The position numbers and the translations under genes were made by a program. Of a stretch of DNA of 20,000 bases, positions 8,070-15,819 are shown in pieces. This DNA is from an uncultured virus (IMG/VR IMGVR_UViG_3300028196_000002) (Duplodnaviria > Heunggongvirae > Uroviricota > Caudoviricetes): IMG/VR virus record IMGVR_UViG_3300028196_000002; one strand, 5' to 3'. The notes under the pieces were generated by a model that was not told where the DNA came from, made no database searches, and saw only the letters and a list, made by a program, of their open reading frames with translations. Each line of letters starts with the position of its first letter. The first letter of the stretch is position 1.

Positions 8070-8514
8070 CAACGAAACTACAAAACTTGAATTTCTATTA
8101 ACCTTGAATGATAATATTATCTGTCAAAGGTTCTTCAATGTCCGAGCATTTAACCCAAAAGTTAAAAGATCTTTAGATCTTCACTATGATGTAAAAAATA
8201 TTTGTGAAGAAATCGAAGAAAATTTAAAACAAAAAACTTTGGATTATCTACATAAAGATCAACATTATTTTCCCGTTTTCGACCCTTCGAACAACGAGGG
8301 TCCAGACCCAGATGAATACTTCAGAGTAGAGATTAAGCAGAATGACGATGTATTTATTTCAAGGGCATTCCCTGCACATATTTATCACCCTAAGGTGAGA
8401 TATTCTGTGGACATTCGACCGATCTTAAGAAGAGTATTAGGTGGACTAAGTGAGACCTTCTCTTTAGAGGACATAACGACAAAATATATGAATTATAATT
8501 TACAACAAAACTAA
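8062..8514 (+). CDS. Hypothetical 150-aa protein in the replication cassette
   Basis: Overlaps the exonuclease gene by 8 nt and ends 6 nt before the helicase ATG; no motif recognised. Confidence 0.8.
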   Translation: MSNNETTKLEFLLTLNDNIICQRFFNVRAFNPKVKRSLDLHYDVKNICEEIEENLKQKTLDYLHKDQHYFPVFDPSNNEGPDPDEYFRVEIKQNDDVFISRAFPAHIYHPKVRYSVDIRPILRRVLGGLSETFSLEDITTKYMNYNLQQN

Positions 8515-8520
8515 AGTACT

Positions 8521-9912
8521 ATGAGTGAGATGAACTTCGGAAAATTAGGAAACCAATTCCAACAAGCATTAATAAAATCCATCATTGAAGATTCCAAATA
8601 CGGTGAACAAATAATGGAGGTTCTTGAAAGTAGGTACTTTGATAATAATTCATTTAAATACATTATTACACACGTAAAAGAGTTGCAGGATATATATAAA
8701 ACTATCCCAACATACGAGACTCTGAAACAGAAGATAATGACTGAAACGGCAAACAACCCATTAGCCGGTAGATTACACAGTGAAACACTTCAATCCATTG
8801 AAAATTTAGATGAGATTATTGTAGGTCAAACATACGTAAAGGATACTGCCCTTAATTTTTGTAAACAACAAAATTTAAGAAAAACAATGAGTGAAGCGTT
8901 AAAAATAATCGATAAGGGTGATTTTGAATCGTATGATAAAATTGCAGATATGGTTAATACGTCACTACAGGTAGGGGCAACAGACGATGACATTGTTGAT
9001 ATATTCGATGATCTTGATAATGCGTTGGATATTGATCCAAGAGTACCAATTCCAACAGGAATAGACGGATTGGACAACCTTTTAAAGGGTGGTATTGGTA
9101 CAGGTGAGTTAGGTATGATATTGGCACCCACAGGTGTCGGTAAATCAACTATTCTTACTAAGTTCGCGAACACAGCAGCAAACACTGGACACAATGTTGT
9201 ACAAATATTTTTTGAAGATACTCAGACACAAATTAGACAGAAACATTTCACATGTTGGTCAGGGTTTAGTACCGATCAGCAAGTTGAAAGTCCCGAGGCT
9301 AAGTTAGAGACAATATCGAAAGCACGTGAATGTCAAGAAAGAGAAAGTTTTGGTGGTTTAAAAATTATCAGAATGGAAAATTATAACACCACAGTTAGTG
9401 ATGTTAAAAGAAAATTATTAAAATTGCAGTCACAAGGGTTTAAGGCGGATTTAGTTGTTATTGATTATGTGGATTGTATGATTGCAGATAGATCAAAAGG
9501 ATATGATGAAGAGTGGAAAGGTGAGGGTTCTGTAATAAGACAATTAGATGCGATGTGTTACGACCTAAACGTGGCATTGTGGACAGCATCACAAGGTAAT
9601 AGAAGTTCAATATCTGCGGACATTGTAAATGTAGATGATATGGGTGGTTCGATTAAAAAGGCACAGACAGCACATATAATTCTTTCTATTGCAAAGAGTT
9701 TAGAACAAAAAGATAATAAGACGGCTAATATGAGTTTAATTAAGTCGCGAATTGGTAGAGACGGTGTGAACTTTAACAATTGTAAATTCGATAATGAATT
9801 TATGGATATCGATGTTACGGAACAAGAAACTTTATTGGGTCATCAAATGAGGAAACAAGAACAAGGTATTAGCCGTGCAGCAGAGATATACAAACAGACA
9901 CACAACATATAA
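8521..9912 (+). CDS. dnaB: Replicative SF4 DNA helicase (DnaB / T4 gp41-like)
   Basis: IPTGIDGLDNLLKGG, Walker A APTGVGKS, Walker B LVVIDYVD, WTASQGNR, KSRIG arginine-finger region; helical N-terminal domain. Confidence 0.92.
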   Translation: MSEMNFGKLGNQFQQALIKSIIEDSKYGEQIMEVLESRYFDNNSFKYIITHVKELQDIYKTIPTYETLKQKIMTETANNPLAGRLHSETLQSIENLDEIIVGQTYVKDTALNFCKQQNLRKTMSEALKIIDKGDFESYDKIADMVNTSLQVGATDDDIVDIFDDLDNALDIDPRVPIPTGIDGLDNLLKGGIGTGELGMILAPTGVGKSTILTKFANTAANTGHNVVQIFFEDTQTQIRQKHFTCWSGFSTDQQVESPEAKLETISKARECQERESFGGLKIIRMENYNTTVSDVKRKLLKLQSQGFKADLVVIDYVDCMIADRSKGYDEEWKGEGSVIRQLDAMCYDLNVALWTASQGNRSSISADIVNVDDMGGSIKKAQTAHIILSIAKSLEQKDNKTANMSLIKSRIGRDGVNFNNCKFDNEFMDIDVTEQETLLGHQMRKQEQGISRAAEIYKQTHNI

Positions 9913-9940
9913 TTAACTTAACTAAATACATTAAAAAAAC

Positions 9941-10915
9941 ATGAGTGAAAAGATTTTACAAGAAAATCCTGGACGATTCGTCCTATTCCCAATAACACAC
10001 AACGATATTTGGAAATACTATAAACAACAAGAGGCGAGTTTTTGGACTGCGGAAGAAATTGACTTACAACAAGATGTGAGTGATTGGGCCAATAAATTAA
10101 ACGACGATGAAAGACATTTCGTAAAACACGTATTGGCGTTTTTTGCGGCGTCTGATGGTATTGTCAATGAAAATCTCGCGGAGAATTTCATTAATGATGT
10201 ACAGTATACTGAAGCAAAGTTCTTTTATGGTTTTCAAATTGCGATGGAGAATATCCACTCAGAGACTTATTCATTATTAATTGATTCATTAATTAAAGAT
10301 ACGGAAGAACAAGATAGATTGTTTAATGCAATTGAAACTATTCCTGCAATTCAAAAGAAGGCGGAATGGGCACTTAAATGGATTGAATCTGATTCATTTG
10401 CAGAGAGACTTATTGCATTCGCAGCGGTGGAGGGTATATTCTTTTCAGGATCATTCTGTTCTATATTTTGGTTAAAGAAACGTGGTTTAATGCCGGGTCT
10501 AACATTTTCTAATGAATTAATTTCGAGAGATGAGGGATTACACTGTGATTTTGCATGTCACTTATATAACAATCATATTGAAAATAAATTACCTAAAGGA
10601 AGAATCGAGGAAATTATTCTTTCCGCATTGGAAATAGAGAAAGAATTTATCCTTGAGGCACTACCTGTTAGGTTAATCGGTATGAATGCGGATTTAATGG
10701 AAAAATACTTGGAATTTGTTACTGATAGATTGTTAGATTCTTTAAATATTAAAAAGAAATTTAATACTGAGAATCCATTTGACTTTATGCAAAACATAGC
10801 ATTACAAGGAAAAACTAACTTTTTCGAGAAAAGAGTGGCGGAATACCAAAAAGCGGGTGTTAATAACGAAACCGAAGAGGATATAGATTCTGCGTTCGGA
10901 GATATGGATTTTTAA
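9941..10915 (+). CDS. nrdB: Ribonucleotide reductase class Ia beta (R2) subunit
   Basis: [31 protein letters not shown] (radical Tyr), [26 protein letters not shown]. Confidence 0.97.
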   Translation: MSEKILQENPGRFVLFPITHNDIWKYYKQQEASFWTAEEIDLQQDVSDWANKLNDDERHFVKHVLAFFAASDGIVNENLAENFINDVQYTEAKFFYGFQIAMENIHSETYSLLIDSLIKDTEEQDRLFNAIETIPAIQKKAEWALKWIESDSFAERLIAFAAVEGIFFSGSFCSIFWLKKRGLMPGLTFSNELISRDEGLHCDFACHLYNNHIENKLPKGRIEEIILSALEIEKEFILEALPVRLIGMNADLMEKYLEFVTDRLLDSLNIKKKFNTENPFDFMQNIALQGKTNFFEKRVAEYQKAGVNNETEEDIDSAFGDMDF

Positions 10916-10927
10916 CAACTAAAAAAG

Positions 10928-13381
10928 ATGAAAGTAAAAAAGAGAAATGGTTCCTTAGAACAAATGAAATATGACAAGATCACAAGGAGAATATCCGCAC
11001 TGTGTTCTGATCTAAACTTAGATTACGTAGACCCCACATATATTACTTTAAAGGTTACACAAGGAATATATGATGAGATAACCACAACAGAGTTAGATAC
11101 TTTGGCTGCGGAGACTGCGGCGTCTATGACAACCACTCATCCCGATTATGCAAAACTTGCGGGTAGACTAGCGGTTACTAACTTACATAAAACAACACCT
11201 AAAAAGTTTTCACAAGCAATAAAAGAACTATATTCTTTTATCGAACCAAGGACAGGTAAAGAATCCTCATTAATATCTGACGATTTATATGAATTCGTTA
11301 TGAAAAACAAAAGTGTCATTGATGGTGCGGTTGTACAGGAAAGGGATTTTGATTTTGATTATTTTGGGTTTAAGACTTTAGAGAGATCATATCTATTAAA
11401 AATTAGTGGTAAAATAGTTGAGAGACCTCAATACATGTATATGAGGGTCGCAATGGGAATATGTAATGGAGATATAAATGAAGGAATAAGGATTTATAAT
11501 GACTTGTCTCAACACTTCTATACTCACGCAACACCAACCCTATTCAATGCAGGTACAAGACGACCACAAATGTCATCTTGTTTCCTTATTGGTAATAAAG
11601 GTGATGATATTAATTCGTTATTTGATACCGTAAAGGATGTTGCTAATATATCCAAATGGGCTGGTGGTATTGGGTTACACGTACACGATGTAAGAGCGAA
11701 AGGTTCGTACATAAAAGGTACAGGTGGTGAGTCCGACGGGTTACTACCAATGATGAAAACCTACAACGAAGTTGCGAGATGGATAAATCAAGGGGGTAAA
11801 AGAAAAGGGTCATTTGCAATATACCTTGAACCATGGCATGCAGATGTCTTCGAATTTATTGACTTAAGAAAAAATCATGGTAAAGAAGAGATGAGAGCGA
11901 GAGATTTATTTCTCGCAATGTGGACTCCTGATTTATTCATGGAAAGGGTTAAACAAGATGGGGATTGGACTTTATTCTCACCTGATGAAGCGCCTGGTTT
12001 GTCAGATGTATATGATTCATCAGAATCTAAAAACTTTACTAAGTTGTATGAAAAATATGAACAAGAGGGTAAAGGTAGAAGAGTGGTGAAGGCGAGAAAA
12101 CTTATGGACGCGATATTGACAGCACAGATTGAAACAGGTACACCATACATGTTATATAAAGATGCCGCTAACTCTAAATCAAATCAAAAGAATTTAGGAA
12201 CCATTAAGTCATCTAACCTATGTACTGAAATTATTGAATATAGTTCACCTACAGAACAGGCGGTTTGTAACTTAGCATCTATAGCATTACCAAAATATAT
12301 TATAGATGGTGAGTTCAGTCACAGTTTACTATATGACTATGTCTATCAGGTAGTAAGGAATTTAAATAATGTAATTAACTTAAATTTCTACCCTACAGAA
12401 GAAACTAAAAGATCTAATTTTAGACACAGACCAATTGGGTTGGGTATACAAGGTTTGGCGGATGTATTCTGTAAACTTAAAATACCTTTTGAATCAGAAA
12501 TTGCGGATACACTTCAAACAGACATATTTGAAACCATCTATTTTGCGGCAATGACTTCATCTAAAGACATTTCTTCTGATGTTGGACCATATGAATCCAT
12601 ATCAGGGTCACCTATAGAAAAAGGTATTTTCCAATACCAAATGTGGGGATTAAAAGATAAAGATTTATCAGGTAGATGGGATTGGAAATCACTCAGAAAA
12701 GAGGTGGTTAAGTACGGTGTAAGAAATTCACTTCTATTGGCACCTATGCCGACAGCATCTACAGCACAAATATTAGGTAATAATGAGGCGTTCGAACCAT
12801 TTACTTCTAACCTATATTCAAGAAGAACATTAGGTGGTGAATTTATTGTAATCAACAAACATCTTGTACAGAGTTTAATGGAAAATGATTTATGGAATGA
12901 TGAAATCAAGAATAAACTTATAATGGAGAATGGTTCTGTACAGAATATTCCTGAAATCCCTGTTGATGTTAAGGAAGTTTACAAGACTGTTTGGGAAATG
13001 TCTCAAAAAACATTACTGAATATGGCGGCGAAAAGATCTGTTTTTATTGATCAATCACAGTCACTTAATCTTTTTATAAGTAATGCTACGAAGGCGAAGT
13101 TGTTGGCGGCACATTTACATGGATGGAATTTAGGTTTAAAAACAGGAATGTATTATTTAAGAACAAAATCTGCGGTCGACCCACTTAAAGGTTTGGGTGT
13201 AAGTACAACTAAAAACAAAACACCCGAGGTAGAGTCGGAACCACAAAAAGAAGTGGTTGAAAACAATACCATACTAACCTCTAATTCCTTAATAAGTGAC
13301 AATAAAGAATTACAAATGGTTTCACAACCTACAATACGTCCTGATGACTCACCGTTCGAGTGTGAAGGTTGCGGATCGTAA
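10928..13381 (+). CDS. nrdA: Ribonucleotide reductase class Ia alpha (R1) subunit with N-terminal ATP cone
   Basis: MKVKKRNG ATP cone, ATPTLFNAG, QMSSCFL, SNLCTEI (catalytic N-x-C-x-E), VCNLAS, APMPTAST, KTGMYY, C-terminal CEGCGS. Confidence 0.97.
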   Translation: MKVKKRNGSLEQMKYDKITRRISALCSDLNLDYVDPTYITLKVTQGIYDEITTTELDTLAAETAASMTTTHPDYAKLAGRLAVTNLHKTTPKKFSQAIKELYSFIEPRTGKESSLISDDLYEFVMKNKSVIDGAVVQERDFDFDYFGFKTLERSYLLKISGKIVERPQYMYMRVAMGICNGDINEGIRIYNDLSQHFYTHATPTLFNAGTRRPQMSSCFLIGNKGDDINSLFDTVKDVANISKWAGGIGLHVHDVRAKGSYIKGTGGESDGLLPMMKTYNEVARWINQGGKRKGSFAIYLEPWHADVFEFIDLRKNHGKEEMRARDLFLAMWTPDLFMERVKQDGDWTLFSPDEAPGLSDVYDSSESKNFTKLYEKYEQEGKGRRVVKARKLMDAILTAQIETGTPYMLYKDAANSKSNQKNLGTIKSSNLCTEIIEYSSPTEQAVCNLASIALPKYIIDGEFSHSLLYDYVYQVVRNLNNVINLNFYPTEETKRSNFRHRPIGLGIQGLADVFCKLKIPFESEIADTLQTDIFETIYFAAMTSSKDISSDVGPYESISGSPIEKGIFQYQMWGLKDKDLSGRWDWKSLRKEVVKYGVRNSLLLAPMPTASTAQILGNNEAFEPFTSNLYSRRTLGGEFIVINKHLVQSLMENDLWNDEIKNKLIMENGSVQNIPEIPVDVKEVYKTVWEMSQKTLLNMAAKRSVFIDQSQSLNLFISNATKAKLLAAHLHGWNLGLKTGMYYLRTKSAVDPLKGLGVSTTKNKTPEVESEPQKEVVENNTILTSNSLISDNKELQMVSQPTIRPDDSPFECEGCGS

Positions 13382-13409
13382 GTTTAACCACATTTTGTCA
13401 GTTTTTTTT

Positions 13410-13436
13410 AAACCCACCACCAAGGTGGGTTTTTTA
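13410..13436 (+). terminator. Intrinsic terminator after nrdA
   Basis: AAACCCACC-ACCAA-GGTGGGTTT perfect 9-bp stem running into a T tract. Confidence 0.85.
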
Positions 13437-13461
13437 TTTACAATCATTTTGGTATTGAATA

Positions 13462-13469
13462 TATTTATT
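13462..13469 (+). promoter_or_regulatory. Putative late promoter motif TATTTAT(T)
   Basis: Just downstream of the terminator and 3 nt upstream of ATG 13473 of the baseplate genes. Confidence 0.5.
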
Positions 13470-13472
13470 AGT

Positions 13473-13925
13473 ATGGCAGTAACATATGGAATTGACTTTC
13501 CTTTTAGAGAAAGTCTGACAGGAGATTATTTAAAAATGAGTACAAGCCCCGAAAAAGAGGTCAGGGCAAACCTTATTCACCTTATTCTTACAAAGAAAGG
13601 TAGTAGATATTACTTACCTGATTTTGGGACGAGGATATATGAATACATCTTTGATCAAAACGATATGGTTACATTTAATTTAATTGAGGAAGAAATTAGA
13701 GAGGGTTGTAAGAAATACTTACCGAATCTTGATATTAATTCAATTAAAGTGATTTCTTCAGAAGATGATTCCGATCCCGTAACAACGGTGGATGAAGAAG
13801 ATGATGAAAGATTATTTAGACTTGCGGACGAATCAACTAAACCATACACCGCAAAAGTTAAAATTGATTACACGGTTAATAATGGTGCGTTTTCGTCATC
13901 AGATTTTATAATAATTAATATATAA
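13473..13925 (+). CDS. Baseplate wedge protein, gp25/GpW-like (150 aa)
   Basis: GIDFPF...VRANLIHLILTKKGSRYYLPDFGTRIYEYIFD...IEEEIREGCKKYLP is the gp25 signature (L.T..GER...P.FG..L..F). ATG 13473 is chosen because the upstream extension crosses nrdA and the terminator. Confidence 0.88.
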   Translation: MAVTYGIDFPFRESLTGDYLKMSTSPEKEVRANLIHLILTKKGSRYYLPDFGTRIYEYIFDQNDMVTFNLIEEEIREGCKKYLPNLDINSIKVISSEDDSDPVTTVDEEDDERLFRLADESTKPYTAKVKIDYTVNNGAFSSSDFIIINI

Positions 13926-13926
13926 G

Positions 13927-15759
13927 ATGGCAAAAAAAATATCATACGCTAAAAGAGACTTTGCAGGATTAAGAGAGGAGTTGGTTAATTTAACTAACGA
14001 TTTTTACCCTGACTTAATAAAGAACACTAACGATGCATCGATTTATTCGGTGATGTTAGATCTTAACGCCGCAATAGGTGATAACCTACACTACCATATT
14101 GATAGGGTTTGGCAAGAAACGATGTTAGATTTCGCACAACAAAGGAGATCACTTTTTCACATTGCAAAAACATATGGTATTAATGTACCGGGTAATCGTC
14201 CATCAGTTGCATTATCTGATTTCTCAGTAAATGTACCTGTAAGAGGTGATAAAGAAGATGAGAGATATTTGGGTGTACTCAAGGCAGGGGCACAAGTATC
14301 GGGTGGAGGACAAACATTTGAAACTATAGAGGATATAGATTTCTCAAGTCCATTTAATAGTAAGGGAGAACCGAATAGACTTAAGATACCAAACTTTGAC
14401 AGTAATAATAAGTTGGTATCATACACAATTACAAAAAGAGATGCAATAGTTAATGGTGTGTCAAGAGTTTTTAGGAGAGTAATTGGGGCACAAGATCAAA
14501 AACCATTTTTAAAACTGTTTTTACCTGAACAAAATGTGTTAGGTGTAACGTCAATAATACATAAGGAAGGAACTAACTTCACATCTAACCCGTCAACCTC
14601 CGAATTTCAAGATGAGAAAAACAGGTGGTATGAAGTTAAGAGTTTAATGGAGGATAAGGTATTCCTCCCAAATAAAACCAAAACATCAGACACAGATAAT
14701 TTTACTGCGGGTGAATACAAAAGAGTAACAAACAAATTTATTTCAGAATATACACCTGAAGGATATATGTCAGTGACTTTTGGATCTGGTAATATTGATC
14801 CACTTGATAACTTAGACAAGTTTAACGAAGGTAAGTTGAAGGTTAACTTGGCATCATATTTAAATAATTTATCATTAGGGTCAACACCTAAGAAAAACTC
14901 AACTGTGTTTATCAAATATAGAATAGGTGGAGGTAAAAATAGCAATCTTGGTGTTAATGTAATAACAAGTGTAGAAAATGTAGAGTTTAATGTGACAGGA
15001 CCATTAGGAAATGTCAATAGTCAAGTTATACGTTCTTTAAATGCGACCAATGTAACCCCTGCGGTAGGTGGTTCAGATCAACCCACAATTGAGGAAATAA
15101 GAAATATGGTGGGATATAACTTTGCAGCACAGGATAGAGCGGTAACACTTAATGATTATAAAGTTTTGATAGAGACGATGCCTTCCACATACGGCGCACC
15201 CGCAAAAGTAAATGTCATGGAAGAAGACAATAAAGTTAAAATAAAACTTCTTTCCTACGATGATGAGGGTAACTTAAATGATACTGTTTCAACAACACTT
15301 AAAAACAACATATTAAGGTATCTAACGAACTATAGAATGATTAATGACTATATTGATATACAAAGTGGAGAAGTCCTTGATTTAGGGTTAGAAATCGATT
15401 TATTAATTGATAAGAATATTAATCAGACAGACGTACTCAAAGAAGTGGTTAGTCAATCAACATCATTCTTCAACATCGAGAAAAGAAAAATGGGTGACCC
15501 ACTGTTTGTAGGTGAGTTACAGAAAGAAATATCAAATATATCTGGAATTGTTAATGTTGTTGACTTAAGAGTTTTTGGAAAAACAGGTGGAGAATATTCA
15601 CCGGCGGAAGTAAGTCAAGGATATAGTGACGAGGAAACAAAACAAGTTGCTCAGTCAGATTCAACAATTTTTATGAAAAGTAACCAAATCTTCCAAATTA
15701 GATTCCCTAATAAAGATATAAAAATTAGGGTTAAATCTTTAGGTTCCACTACATTTTAA
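13927..15759 (+). CDS. Baseplate wedge protein, T4 gp6 / baseplate-J-like (610 aa)
   Basis: N-terminal RDFAGLREEL...D.L.Y..D....E..L..AQ.R.SL..IAK..G; YRIGGGKNSN; GGSDQPTIEEIR...FAAQDRAVTLNDY; follows the gp25-like gene by 1 nt. Confidence 0.88.
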   Translation: MAKKISYAKRDFAGLREELVNLTNDFYPDLIKNTNDASIYSVMLDLNAAIGDNLHYHIDRVWQETMLDFAQQRRSLFHIAKTYGINVPGNRPSVALSDFSVNVPVRGDKEDERYLGVLKAGAQVSGGGQTFETIEDIDFSSPFNSKGEPNRLKIPNFDSNNKLVSYTITKRDAIVNGVSRVFRRVIGAQDQKPFLKLFLPEQNVLGVTSIIHKEGTNFTSNPSTSEFQDEKNRWYEVKSLMEDKVFLPNKTKTSDTDNFTAGEYKRVTNKFISEYTPEGYMSVTFGSGNIDPLDNLDKFNEGKLKVNLASYLNNLSLGSTPKKNSTVFIKYRIGGGKNSNLGVNVITSVENVEFNVTGPLGNVNSQVIRSLNATNVTPAVGGSDQPTIEEIRNMVGYNFAAQDRAVTLNDYKVLIETMPSTYGAPAKVNVMEEDNKVKIKLLSYDDEGNLNDTVSTTLKNNILRYLTNYRMINDYIDIQSGEVLDLGLEIDLLIDKNINQTDVLKEVVSQSTSFFNIEKRKMGDPLFVGELQKEISNISGIVNVVDLRVFGKTGGEYSPAEVSQGYSDEETKQVAQSDSTIFMKSNQIFQIRFPNKDIKIRVKSLGSTTF

Positions 15760-15807
15760 AATTCTTTTTCTGTATTATTATTAATTAAGGGAAACTATGT
15801 TCCAATC

Positions 15808-15815
15808 TATTTATA
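15808..15815 (+). promoter_or_regulatory. Putative late promoter motif TATTTATA
   Basis: 4 nt upstream of ATG 15820 (7 nt upstream of the alternative ATG 15823). Confidence 0.5.
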
Positions 15816-15819
15816 TGAT

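Noticed and set aside
6031..13381. Inteins or self-splicing introns in recA, helicase, nrdB or nrdA (common insertion hosts)
   Set aside because: All four ORFs are uninterrupted, of normal length, with contiguous motifs and no intein or homing-endonuclease signature.
9941..13381. Eukaryotic or giant-virus origin suggested by the RNR sequences
   Set aside because: Overlapping operon-style genes, intrinsic terminators, gp25/gp6 baseplate genes and a gp32-like SSB indicate a tailed bacteriophage.
13296..13472. N-terminal extension of the gp25-like ORF
   Set aside because: It overlaps the nrdA 3' end and crosses a terminator; the gp25-like sequence begins at ATG 13473.
15781..15803. TTAATTAA palindrome and GGAA/TTCC mini-hairpin upstream of the 1281-aa gene; likewise ACCT/AGGT at about 7037-7049
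   Set aside because: Stems of only 4 bp or pure AT palindromes are expected by chance in this composition.
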